Assembly: GCA_963696215.1 (NCBI GenBank) | Contig: CAVOJF010000001.1 | Location: 262,876 to 326,875, forward strand | DNA length: 64,000 bases | DNA from: an uncultured Actinomycetota bacterium | GTDB taxonomy: Bacteria > Actinomycetota > Actinomycetes > Streptosporangiales > Streptosporangiaceae | Direction of reading: 5' to 3' | Shown here: piece by piece, positions 8,513 through 17,486 of the stretch | Layout: the number at the start of each line of letters is the position of its first letter | Position numbering within the stretch: the first letter of the stretch is position 1 | Program-made: the position numbers and the translations under genes | Notes under the pieces: generated by a model | What the model was told of the DNA's origin: nothing | Seen by the model: only the letters and a program-made list of their open reading frames with translations | Database searches by the model: none

Positions 8513-9381
8513 GCGCCGACGGCGGCCAGGCCGCTGATCCCATGACCTCGCTCACCCAGCATCGCGGGGGGCTCCTGGGGGTCGCTCCCCCAGGCCAGCC
8601 CAGACTGCCGATCTACGGCAACCCGCTCCGGCAGCTGTTCTCGGCGAGCACCTGGCGAGCGACCTGGTGCCTGTTTACCTACCTCGTCGTTGGCGGGGTG
8701 CTGTTCAGCCTCGTGCTGGCGGCCGGGATCGCGACGCTGGCACTGGCGATCACGCTGGCCGGGCTGCCGCTGCTGATCGTGACTGCGGCGGTGATCCGCG
8801 GCTGCGCGAGCGCTGAGCGCCTGCGGCTGCGGCCGGTGATCCCGGGGCCGGTGACCGGCGGATACCGCGATTCGGCGGGGCGCGGGATGCTCGCGAGGAT
8901 CCGCGTCGCCTGGACCGACCCCGCCACCTGGCGCAACCTTGCCTACCTCGGCGGATTGTTCCCCATCCTCTGGGCGCTTGACCTGACCGTGCTGACCATC
9001 TGGCTGGCGTTCATCGGCTGCGTCGCGCTGCCCGCCTGGTACTGGGCGCCCGAGCAGACGTATGCGAGCGGCACCTACCACGGGGTCGAGATTGGATACT
9101 TCCCGAACGGGCCGCACGGGCACGGCGCCGAGGGCATCTTCGTGGACACACCGGGCAAGGCAATCGCCGTTGCCGTCGGATTCCTGGTGCTGAGCGTGGC
9201 CTTCCAGTACGTGGTCGTGCTGACCGGCCGACTGCACGCCTGGGTCGCCTACTCGCTGCTGGGCGCGCCTGAAGACCCGCTGGCCGAGGCCAAGAACGTG
9301 CTCGACCAACCGGGTCCGCTCGGCCCGCTGCACACCCCGCGCCGGAACGGCAACTCGGGCCGCTCCGCACCCGCTACCTGA
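8509..9381 (+). CDS. Stand-alone 'putative sensor' domain membrane protein (PF13796-like)
   Basis: 290 aa with two pairs of TM helices. The duplicated pattern STWRATWCLFTYLVVG... / DPATWRNLAYLGGLFPILW... is characteristic of the sensor module usually found N-terminal to LiaS/DesK-type kinases. No kinase domain is present. Confidence 0.7.
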   Translation: MSADGGQAADPMTSLTQHRGGLLGVAPPGQPRLPIYGNPLRQLFSASTWRATWCLFTYLVVGGVLFSLVLAAGIATLALAITLAGLPLLIVTAAVIRGCASAERLRLRPVIPGPVTGGYRDSAGRGMLARIRVAWTDPATWRNLAYLGGLFPILWALDLTVLTIWLAFIGCVALPAWYWAPEQTYASGTYHGVEIGYFPNGPHGHGAEGIFVDTPGKAIAVAVGFLVLSVAFQYVVVLTGRLHAWVAYSLLGAPEDPLAEAKNVLDQPGPLGPLHTPRRNGNSGRSAPAT

Positions 9382-9391
9382 TCAAATGCCG

Positions 9392-9426
9392 CCCTCGCTC
9401 ATGAGGGGCTAGCTCATGAGCGAGGG
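9392..9426 (+). terminator. Stem-loop (14-bp perfect stem, 7-nt loop), likely an intrinsic terminator
   Basis: CCCTCGCTCATGAG (9392-9405) pairs with CTCATGAGCGAGGG (9413-9426). The structure starts 10 nt after the stop at 9379-9381. Confidence 0.6.
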
Positions 9427-9470
9427 ACCAACAACACACCGCGCATCACAGACCATTGGAAGGACAGACC

Positions 9471-11768
9471 ATGTTGCGCCAGATGCAGAGTTCAGTATTG
9501 CCTGAATCAGATCCGGACCGCCAGCGACGGGACCGTGCCGCAGGAGCCAGCACTCGCGCTCCGATCGTGGAACGGATCGCCGGCTGGAGCGCCCGGCACC
9601 GCAAGACAGCCGTGCTCGGATGGCTGGCCCTCGTCGCCCTGGTGTTCGTCGGCGGCCAGATGATCGGCACCAAGAACCTGCCGTCGTACGACGCCGGAAG
9701 GTCAGGAAGCGCCGAGCGAGTCCTGGACCGGATCGGCTTCACGAGCCCTCCGGCAGAGAGCGTCCTGATCCAGGCGCGCCGGCACGGGGCCACCTACCCG
9801 GCGAACGCAGAGATGCGGCGCGCGGTCGCGGAGGTGGCGGCGGCGCTCCGCGCGCTTCCTCGCTCGGCCGCCGGCGTCCGCACGCCCGCGGCTGGTGCGG
9901 GACTGGTCTCAGCCGACCACAGGTCGGTCCTGGTGACCTTCAACGTGCCGGGAACCCTCGCGAAGGCCGACTCCGCCGTCGTGCCAGCGCTCCGGGCCGT
10001 GGCCGCGGTCCAGGCCAGGCATCCTGGCCTACGGGTTCAGGAGGCAGGTGACGCGAGCACCGACCGGGCCGCGACGGCGCTGGTCAGCCACGACTTCCGT
10101 AAAGCCGAGGAGACGTCGGTGCCCGTCTCGCTGATCCTGCTCGTCGTGGTGTTCGGCGCGCTCATCGCGGCGGGCATCCCGTTGCTGCTCGCCGCCACGG
10201 CCGTGACGTCGGCGATCTCGCTGCTCGCCATTCCGAGCCACTGGCTGCCAGTCGGGCAGAGTACTTCGGAGGTCGTGCTCATACTCGGGATGGCAGTCGG
10301 CGTCGACTACAGCCTGTTCTACCTGCGCCGGGAGCGCGAGGAGCGGGCCAAGGGAGCATCGCACCTGCGCGCGCTGAGGATCGCGGCGGCCACGTCAGGC
10401 CGGGCGATCGTGGTCTCCGGCCTCACCGTGATGATCGCCATGGGCGGGCTGTTCCTGACCGGCTACACCGTCTTCAGCGGCGTCGCGATCGGCACCATCG
10501 TCGTGGTCGGAGTCGCTGTGGCGGGCTCGCTCACGGTGCTGCCCGCGCTGCTGTCTTGGCTGGGCAACTGGGCCGACCGCGGCCGGATCCCCTTCCTCGG
10601 ACGCCGCAGGACCGCGGCGCGTCCGTCCCGGCTGTGGGCCGCGCTCGTCAGGCGCGTCGTTCGGCATCCGGTGGTGTGGGGCGTTCTGGGCACGGTCGCG
10701 CTGCTAGCGCTGGCCGCACCTGCGCTCGACCTGCGGCTCGGCAGCCCGCCGAACGGCGGCTTCCCTGCTAGCGCGCCGGTGCTGCGGACGATCACAAGGA
10801 TCCAGACCGCGTTCCCGCAGAGCCCGTCGCCCGCCATGGTCGTCGTCACCGGTCACGACCTGACCGGGCCGGCGGTGACCCACGCGATCGCCGGTCTGCG
10901 CTCGCACGCGACCGCGACCGGGCCGATCAGGCAGCCGGTCACGGCGACGACGATAGCTGGCGGCCGCGGGCTGCTGGTGCGCGTTCCGCTGGCGGGTAAC
11001 GGGACAGGTCCGGTATCCGATCATGCGCTTGAACTCCTGCGCGGACGATATCTGCCTGGCACGCTCGGCCGGGTCGCTGGCGTCTCTTATTCGGTCACCG
11101 GTTGGACCGCGTCTGATCACGATGACACCAAGGCGCTGCACGACAGCACGCCGCTAGTCTTCGCTGTCGTCGCGCTGCTCGCGTTCGGACTGCTGCTCAT
11201 CGCGTTCAGGTCGGTGGCGATTCCGCTCGTGTCGATCGCGCTGAACCTGCTGTCGGTGGCCGGGGCGTACGGCCTGCTCACGCTCGTGTTCCAGGACGGC
11301 AGGTTCGAGGGCCCGCTCGGCTTCTCGGGCTACGGCGCGATCGTGCCGTGGGTGCCGCTGTTCATGTTCGTGTTCCTGTTCGGGCTGAGCATGGACTACC
11401 ACGTGTTCATCCTGAGCCGGATCAAGGAACTGTGGCTGCGAGGCGCGACGACGCCTGACGCCATTGAGGGCGGCATCGCTCGGAGCGCGGGCGTGGTGAC
11501 GAGTGCCGCGGTGATCATGGTCGCCGTGTTCTCGATCCTGGCCACGCTCTCGCTGATCCAGCTCAAGATGATCGGCATCGGCCTCGGCGCCGCCGTCTTG
11601 ATCGACGCGACCGTGGTTCGCGGCATCTTGCTGCCTGCGGCGCTGGCCTTGCTCGGCGACCGCAGCTGGTACTTGCCGCGCTGGCTCGCCTGGCTGCCCG
11701 GCAAGCGCGACGTGCGGGAACTGGCCACGGCGCCATCCGCGCCGCTTGAGCCCGTCGCGGCGCCCTGA
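9471..11768 (+). CDS. MMPL family (RND superfamily) membrane transporter
   Basis: About 765 aa with two 6-TM bundles and two extracytoplasmic loops. The MMPL-typical segment is GMAVGVDYSLFYLRREREERAKG ... GLSMDYHVFILSRIKE. ATG 9471 has GGAAGGA 6 nt upstream; the track start is TTG 9456. Confidence 0.9.
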   Translation: MLRQMQSSVLPESDPDRQRRDRAAGASTRAPIVERIAGWSARHRKTAVLGWLALVALVFVGGQMIGTKNLPSYDAGRSGSAERVLDRIGFTSPPAESVLIQARRHGATYPANAEMRRAVAEVAAALRALPRSAAGVRTPAAGAGLVSADHRSVLVTFNVPGTLAKADSAVVPALRAVAAVQARHPGLRVQEAGDASTDRAATALVSHDFRKAEETSVPVSLILLVVVFGALIAAGIPLLLAATAVTSAISLLAIPSHWLPVGQSTSEVVLILGMAVGVDYSLFYLRREREERAKGASHLRALRIAAATSGRAIVVSGLTVMIAMGGLFLTGYTVFSGVAIGTIVVVGVAVAGSLTVLPALLSWLGNWADRGRIPFLGRRRTAARPSRLWAALVRRVVRHPVVWGVLGTVALLALAAPALDLRLGSPPNGGFPASAPVLRTITRIQTAFPQSPSPAMVVVTGHDLTGPAVTHAIAGLRSHATATGPIRQPVTATTIAGGRGLLVRVPLAGNGTGPVSDHALELLRGRYLPGTLGRVAGVSYSVTGWTASDHDDTKALHDSTPLVFAVVALLAFGLLLIAFRSVAIPLVSIALNLLSVAGAYGLLTLVFQDGRFEGPLGFSGYGAIVPWVPLFMFVFLFGLSMDYHVFILSRIKELWLRGATTPDAIEGGIARSAGVVTSAAVIMVAVFSILATLSLIQLKMIGIGLGAAVLIDATVVRGILLPAALALLGDRSWYLPRWLAWLPGKRDVRELATAPSAPLEPVAAP

Positions 11769-11775
11769 TCATCGG

Positions 11776-11824
11776 ATGAATCCCGGGATCGATCCGTATG
11801 TACCGGATGGATCCCGGGATTCAT
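11776..11824. terminator. Long hairpin between convergent genes, with two copies of the palindrome ATCCCGGGAT
   Basis: ATGAATCCCGGGAT (11776-11789) pairs with ATCCCGGGATTCAT (11811-11824). An inner ATCCG/CGGAT pairing also exists. It lies between the MMPL stop (11768) and the stop of the convergent gene (11855). Confidence 0.5.
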
Positions 11825-11854
11825 AGCATCCGGAGTCAGTCGGCGACGCCGACG

Positions 11855-13363
11855 CTAGTTGCGGGATGCGCCGTAGCCGAGGAGCGCGGCGAGACCGAGG
11901 ACGCTGCGCGGGGCGTAGCCGATCCGCCAGAGGCCGCCGTGGGCTGCCGCGTAGGCCTCTTCCTGCCACGGGTGCTCGTGCACCGGGCGGTCCGCGTGCA
12001 GGTCGTGCACGAGCAGCGCCGCCATCAGCACCCTGGTCGTGTCAGGTTCGAAGATCTCGGCGCCGAACCGGTGCGCTCCGGCGTAGGCGGCGGCGAGCGC
12101 GCGGTTCTTGACCACCGACTTCGTCCTCGTCGGCGGGGCGACGTTCATGGACACGGTCGTGCCCGCGTCTCTGGCGAGGCTGGCCCGCCATCGCTGGAGC
12201 CGTTTGGCGAGCGCGTAGTTCGGGCCTTGCTGCGCGACGAGGTTGTCGCTGATGCCGGGATCGGTGCCCGGCAGGTAGGCGCGCCTCAGCAGCCGGCCGC
12301 CTGACAGGGTGCGCAGCGGGCGGCCGGCCAGCTTGAGGACCGCCGCGCGATCCTGATAGGCCCGCGCTGAGTGCGCGACGGCCTCGCCAGGGACCGCGAA
12401 GACATCGGTGGGCGTGGCCAGGAACGCGAGCGCGACGTCGTCACGAGCGGCCTGCAGCCGGAGCGTGAGCGTGTCGGCGGCGGCGCAGACTCGGACGTTC
12501 GCTCCGCCGTCGGCATAGACGTAGTTGCCGAGGACCAGCGGGCCGGCCAGCCCGCCGAGCCAGCCAGCAAGCTCGGGAACCTCGCCGGTCAGGTCCGCCC
12601 CGGCCGTGGCGCCGGGCTCGTCGTCCATTCGAGCCGCGTCGACGGGCACATGCAGCGTGCCAGCGCTCGACCTGGCAGCAGGGAGCACCCGCTCCCAGAT
12701 CCGCGGCCGCTGCAGGTCGATCCCGGCCACGGTGACTCCCCACCGCAGCAGCACGGGCAGCGGGCCCACCTCCGAGCCCGCGCCGAGCACGGCCACGGTC
12801 CTGCCCGGCAGGCTCAGCCACTCCGGGTGCGCGGCCACCGTGCGCACCGCGTCGGCGCAGGACGGCTCGATCACGCCGGCGCTGACCCACGCGTCTAGCT
12901 GACGGGACAAGTCGTCGCCGCGCAACCGTTCGCCCCGGTACGGCATCGCGAGTTCGTCCTCCGCGTCCGCCGTGCCGGCGACGGTCGCGGTGCCGAGTTC
13001 GCGGGTGGCCTTACGCCCCAGCAGGTCATCAAGGTCGGTCTCGTCCTCGCCGGGTTGCACCCACCGCATCCGGCTGCGCAGCGAGCTCAGCCCGTCGGCG
13101 GCGATCGCGAGAGCACCCGCCCTGGAGGAGAGCCCGGCCTCGATCACCCGGCGGAAGTGCGTCAGGTAGCCGGAGCGCCAGTTGGTCTCCTGTTCGGCGC
13201 CGAGCGCACCGGCCGGATCAGTCGCGCGCAGCGCGTCGGCGATCACGGCCCGGCCGAACGCCGAGGTGCTGCGTCGCCCGTCGGCCGCGACGGGAAACTC
13301 GACTCCCGGCTGGACGTCAGCAGCCGCCCCGGCCGTCGCGTTGCTGGCTGCCTGCTCCGTCAT
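11855..13363 (-). CDS. Uncharacterised conserved protein with a Rossmann-like glycine-rich motif
   Basis: 502-aa ORF with protein-like composition. TVAVLGAGSEVGPLPVLLRWGVTVAGIDL resembles a dinucleotide-binding beta-alpha-beta element. No family recognised. Confidence 0.65.
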   Translation of the reverse strand: MTEQAASNATAGAAADVQPGVEFPVAADGRRSTSAFGRAVIADALRATDPAGALGAEQETNWRSGYLTHFRRVIEAGLSSRAGALAIAADGLSSLRSRMRWVQPGEDETDLDDLLGRKATRELGTATVAGTADAEDELAMPYRGERLRGDDLSRQLDAWVSAGVIEPSCADAVRTVAAHPEWLSLPGRTVAVLGAGSEVGPLPVLLRWGVTVAGIDLQRPRIWERVLPAARSSAGTLHVPVDAARMDDEPGATAGADLTGEVPELAGWLGGLAGPLVLGNYVYADGGANVRVCAAADTLTLRLQAARDDVALAFLATPTDVFAVPGEAVAHSARAYQDRAAVLKLAGRPLRTLSGGRLLRRAYLPGTDPGISDNLVAQQGPNYALAKRLQRWRASLARDAGTTVSMNVAPPTRTKSVVKNRALAAAYAGAHRFGAEIFEPDTTRVLMAALLVHDLHADRPVHEHPWQEEAYAAAHGGLWRIGYAPRSVLGLAALLGYGASRN

Positions 13364-13415
13364 CGCCCGCCTCGGATCGTCCGGTGTTGCTCGTCATGGG
13401 CCAGACACGCCCTAG

Positions 13416-14408
13416 TCAACACCCCAGGTATACGCCAGCGTCAACGCCCCGTCCGGCCAGCCAGGCCTCGGCATCAGTCGCCAGGAACTGTTCCGCCTCC
13501 GCCGACTTCCGCAGCGTCGCGTCGAAGTGCGCCAGCGCCAGGCCGCGGACGAAGTCGTGCGCCTGCGCGCCTGAGCAGAGTTCGGACATCGGCCGCATCG
13601 CGCCGGGAATCCAGGCGGCGTCACCGGGCAGCGCCATCGCGCGCAGCGCTTCGTGCTGACCCTCGACGTCGTCGAGGAAGTGCTGGTGGTCGGCCCAGCG
13701 CAGCACGAACATCCGTTTGGGCTCCGGCGTCCGGCCGAACAATTCCCGTACGCCATCGAGCGGTATCGGCACGTCGCTGTCGGCCGCCAGATACAGCACC
13801 GGCACCTCCTGGTCCCACTCGAACGACAGGCTCAGCGGCAGGATGCCGGGCAACGGATTCGAGCTGCCGCCGGGTCCCATCGCCACGATCGACGACACGC
13901 GGGCATCCGACTCCGGCACGGCGAGCACCGTCCAGCCGCCGAAGCTGTGCCCGGCCAGCCCGATCATGTACTGGCTGACCTCGATCGCCTGCCCGCCGTC
14001 CGCGGTCGCCTCGAGCCCGCCGCCGGCCAGCACGAAGTCGAGCAGGAAGCGCACGTCGGGAACGCGGCTGGCGATGATGGCGTCGACCCTGGCCTGCCGC
14101 TGCTCGGCGGCCTCGTCCTGGCCGGGCGCGAGGTCAGCAGCGACGACCTCGGAGTGGTCCATCGCCGCCACGACGTAGCCATGACTGGCCAGGTGCGAGC
14201 ACAGGAAGGTCGCTGAGCGGCGACTCAAGCCGCTGCCGTGGGCGAAGACGATCAACGGGCACGGCCCAGGTTGCGAGGCTCCGTCCGCTGCGACCGGATG
14301 CCAGAGATCGACTGGGAACTCCCTGCCGCGCCGCTCGTCCTTCGCCAGCGTCGAACGCTCGCCGACCAGGAAGGACCCGGCGTCAAAAGGCCATGAAGGA
14401 ACTGTCAT
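13416..14408 (-). CDS. Alpha/beta hydrolase (dienelactone hydrolase / PAF-acetylhydrolase-like)
   Basis: Nucleophile elbow GHSFGG is present, and IVFAHGSG is an oxyanion-region-like segment. ATG 14408 has GGAG 8 nt upstream; the track ORF extends to 14444. Confidence 0.8.
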   Translation of the reverse strand: MTVPSWPFDAGSFLVGERSTLAKDERRGREFPVDLWHPVAADGASQPGPCPLIVFAHGSGLSRRSATFLCSHLASHGYVVAAMDHSEVVAADLAPGQDEAAEQRQARVDAIIASRVPDVRFLLDFVLAGGGLEATADGGQAIEVSQYMIGLAGHSFGGWTVLAVPESDARVSSIVAMGPGGSSNPLPGILPLSLSFEWDQEVPVLYLAADSDVPIPLDGVRELFGRTPEPKRMFVLRWADHQHFLDDVEGQHEALRAMALPGDAAWIPGAMRPMSELCSGAQAHDFVRGLALAHFDATLRKSAEAEQFLATDAEAWLAGRGVDAGVYLGC

Positions 14409-14457
14409 TCCGGATCTCCGCTGGCTGCCGATGCGAGCGGCCAAATCATAAGAGCGG

Positions 14458-15432
14458 TCAGGTCTTTTTGGCCCGGCTCGGAGCTACGCGGGGTGGCTCG
14501 TCCGGCATCTTGGGATACACAGGCGGCCAGGGCGCGTCGAGCATGCCGCTGGCGCGGTCCCTGGCATTCATCTCGAGCAACGGCTCCAGGGATTGGGGCT
14601 CGTCGTTCATCGCCTGCCACGGATCGCCGACCTTCGCAAGCCGGTCGGCCATCGTGGCGATCGTGAACTGGTCAGGATGGATGTCATCGATCTCGCCCCA
14701 CGTGATGGGCGTGGAGACCTGCGCACCCGGCCGCGCCCTGACCGACCAGGCACCGAAGACGGTCTTGTGCGGCGCGTTCTGGTTGTAGTCGATGAACACC
14801 CGCTGGCCGCGCTCCTCCTTCCACCAGGCCGCGGTGATCAAGTCGGGGCGCCTGCGTTCGAGCTCCCTGGCGACCGCCACGGCGGCCGACCTGACCTGGT
14901 AGGAGTCCCAGAGCGGAAGCAGCTTGACGTAGACGTGCAGGCCCCGGTTGCCGGTCGTCTTGGGATAGCCGGCGATCCCGACCTCGGCGAAGAGCACCTG
15001 CAGTTCATGCGCCGCCTGGCGGATGTGCGTGAAGTCGATGCCCGGCGTCGGGTCGAGGTCGATCCGCAGTTCGTCCGTGTGATCGGGATCGGCTGCCAGG
15101 TAAGGCCACACGTGGAAGCCGAGGCAGCCAAGATTCACCGCCCACAGCACGTGATCGAGGTCGGCAGCGACCAAAGCCTGCGACGTCGTGCCGTTCGGCG
15201 TGGACACGGTCGTAGTTTGCAGCCAGTCCGGCGCGTTCTTCGGCACCCGCTTCTGAAAGAACGAAGGGCCGCCGGCTCCCTCAGGGAATCGCTGCAGCAG
15301 CACGGGCCGGCCGCCCATCGTCCGCATCAGCGGCTCCGCGACGCGCTCGTAATGCGCGGCGAGGTCGCCCTTCGTGTCGCCCCGCTCGGCGAACAGCACC
15401 TTGTCCGCATGGCTGATCAGGCCACTTGTCAT
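14458..15432 (-). CDS. Stand-alone NHEJ polymerase/primase (LigD polymerase-domain protein)
   Basis: MTSGLISHADKVLFAERGDTKGDLAAHYERVAEPLMRTMGGRPVLLQRFPEG...ELRIDLDP...TTGNRGLHVYV...VFIDYNQN matches LigD-Pol / AEP primase-polymerase motifs. Confidence 0.85.
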   Translation of the reverse strand: MTSGLISHADKVLFAERGDTKGDLAAHYERVAEPLMRTMGGRPVLLQRFPEGAGGPSFFQKRVPKNAPDWLQTTTVSTPNGTTSQALVAADLDHVLWAVNLGCLGFHVWPYLAADPDHTDELRIDLDPTPGIDFTHIRQAAHELQVLFAEVGIAGYPKTTGNRGLHVYVKLLPLWDSYQVRSAAVAVARELERRRPDLITAAWWKEERGQRVFIDYNQNAPHKTVFGAWSVRARPGAQVSTPITWGEIDDIHPDQFTIATMADRLAKVGDPWQAMNDEPQSLEPLLEMNARDRASGMLDAPWPPVYPKMPDEPPRVAPSRAKKT

Positions 15433-15570
15433 CCGGTTCCGCCTCCCGCTCGATCGACAGTACAAGTTTCCCGCAATTGGCACCGCCGCGGTTGGCCGGC
15501 CACGGATCTGCGGGCATCGTGCCTGGAACTACGCCTGTTGCGATGGCAGGACTCGTGCCACTATCGGCGG

Positions 15571-16470
15571 ATGCGGGTACTGCGGACGCCAGATGACCGG
15601 TTCGACGGGCTTCCCGGGTTCGGTTACCGGCCGAGCTACGCCGATGTCGGCGGGGTGCAGATGGCATACGTACAGGCGGGCCCGCCCGACGGTGAGCCCG
15701 TCCTGTTGCTGCATGGCGAGCCAAGCTGGTCCTTTCTGTATCGCAAGATCGTGCCAGCGCTCGCCGCGGCCGGGCTGCGGGCTGTCGCGCCCGACCTGAT
15801 CGGGTTCGGCCGCTCGGACAAGCCAGCCGAGATCGGCGATCACAGCTACGCCGGGCACGTGGAGTGGGTGCGCCGGCTGGCGTTCGACGTGCTCGACCTT
15901 CGCGGCGTTACGCTGGTCGGCCAGGACTGGGGCGGCCTCATCGGCCTGCGCGTCGTCGCCGAGCATCAGGATCGCTTCGCCCGCGTGGTGGCTGCCAACA
16001 CCGGGCTGCCGACCGGCGACATCGCGATGCCCGAGGTTTGGCACCAGTTCCGCCACGTCGTCCAGACCGCCCCTGACCTACATATCTCCAGACTGGTCGG
16101 CTCCGGCTGCCTGAAGCCACTCTCGCCCGAGGTACTCGCCGCCTATGACGCGCCTTTCCCCGGCCCGGAGTACCAGGCAGGACCGCGCGCGATGCCTGGG
16201 CTGGTCCCGATCAGACCCGATGACCTGGCGTCGGAGGCAAACCGGCTGGCCTGGGATCGCCTGACTCGCTGGGACAAGCCCTTCCTGGTGGCATTCAGCG
16301 ACGGTGATCCGATTACGGCCGGGATGGCCCCGATCCTCAAGCGGGCGATCCCCGGTGCCGCCGGGATCGACCACCCGCTGCTGCACGGCGCTGGACACTT
16401 CCTGCAGGAGGACGCCGGCGAGCAACTGGCGGCCGAGATTGTGGCGTTTATTGCGGATCACCCGCACTGA
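15571..16470 (+). CDS. Haloalkane dehalogenase-type alpha/beta hydrolase
   Basis: MRVLRTPDDRFDGLPGFGYRPSYADV...LLLHGEPSWSFLYRKIVP...LVGQDWGG (nucleophile Asp)...GAGHFLQED. ATG is at 15571. The upstream part of track ORF 14593..16470 is antisense to the LigD-Pol gene. Confidence 0.85.
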   Translation: MRVLRTPDDRFDGLPGFGYRPSYADVGGVQMAYVQAGPPDGEPVLLLHGEPSWSFLYRKIVPALAAAGLRAVAPDLIGFGRSDKPAEIGDHSYAGHVEWVRRLAFDVLDLRGVTLVGQDWGGLIGLRVVAEHQDRFARVVAANTGLPTGDIAMPEVWHQFRHVVQTAPDLHISRLVGSGCLKPLSPEVLAAYDAPFPGPEYQAGPRAMPGLVPIRPDDLASEANRLAWDRLTRWDKPFLVAFSDGDPITAGMAPILKRAIPGAAGIDHPLLHGAGHFLQEDAGEQLAAEIVAFIADHPH

Positions 16471-16625
16471 AGCCGACCCCGAAGTGAAGGTTACGGCAAC
16501 AAAGCATGACGGTCGAATGAAATAGGATTGGCATCACCGATAGCGGGCCGAAATGCGCGTAACGCAATCGGAATTGGGCCTGTGAGCAGGGCGTACTTCG
16601 CGCCTTTCTTTGCTAGCCTGGCCCA

Positions 16626-17486
16626 GTGACCGATTCTCATGCGACTGCTAGCAAAGCAGCTAAAAAAGAGTCTGCTTACGGTCGGATAATGCGCTATTCC
16701 AGTTCATCACCGGAGCACAGGCGCCCTATTAGTCCGGCCGGCGCGTGGCCGCGTGGCACAAACGGGACCGCCAGCAGCGCTGACCTCCAGCCGCCCGCGC
16801 AGCCGAGCCCGCCGGAGATCAGGACCGTGACCGGACTCGAAAAGGTCACGGCCGCGGTGATCGCGACAGCAGGCGTCCAGCCAGGGCTTCGCGTGATCGA
16901 CCTGGGCTGCGGGTCTGGCCAGGTCAGCCTCGCCCTCGCCGAGCGGGGCGCACTGGTGCTCGCGGTGGACAGCAGCTACGCCGTGCTCAGCCGGCTGAAG
17001 GCGGTCGCACTGCAACGCGGCCTGGACGATCTTGAGGTCCTCGCCAGGCCGGTCGACAGCCTTTCGCTGCCCGCCGAGAGCGCGGACCTGATCGTCACCA
17101 GCTACGCGCTGCACCGGCTGCGCGACGCGGACAAGCTGCGACTTGTCGCGGCCGCCTTTCACTGGCTCCGGCCAGGCGGAACGCTCATCGTCGCGGACAT
17201 GATGTTCGGCCGCGGCGGCAGCAGCCAGGACCGCGCGATCATCAAGACCAAGGTCCGGTCCCTGGCGCGCAAGGGCATCGGCGGCTGGTGGCGGATCGCG
17301 AAGAACGGCTACCGCTACCTGATCAGGGTCAGGGAGCACCCGGTCTCGATCAGCGCCTGGACGACGCTGTTCGCCAGAGCCGGCTTCACCGGGATCACCG
17401 CGTCCCGGGTCATCAACGAGGCAGGTCTCGTCGCCGGCAAGCGCCCGATACCACCTACTGTGCCGCCGCCTACGGCCTTGTTCTGA
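16626..17486 (+). CDS. Class I SAM-dependent methyltransferase (N-terminus uncertain)
   Basis: Motif I VIDLGCGSG and post-I/II motifs (LVLAVDSS, DLIVTSYALHRL, LRPGGTLIV) are present. The first 60 or so codons are low-GC with atypical codons. An in-frame GTG at 16827 is an alternative start. Confidence 0.75.
   Translation: MTDSHATASKAAKKESAYGRIMRYSSSSPEHRRPISPAGAWPRGTNGTASSADLQPPAQPSPPEIRTVTGLEKVTAAVIATAGVQPGLRVIDLGCGSGQVSLALAERGALVLAVDSSYAVLSRLKAVALQRGLDDLEVLARPVDSLSLPAESADLIVTSYALHRLRDADKLRLVAAAFHWLRPGGTLIVADMMFGRGGSSQDRAIIKTKVRSLARKGIGGWWRIAKNGYRYLIRVREHPVSISAWTTLFARAGFTGITASRVINEAGLVAGKRPIPPTVPPPTALF

Noticed and set aside
14593-15570. The upstream 326 codons of track ORF 14593..16470, read as an N-terminal extension of the dehalogenase.
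   Set aside because: This part is antisense to the well-supported LigD-Pol gene and has shadow-ORF composition. The dehalogenase fold begins at ATG 15571 (MRVLRTPDDRF...).
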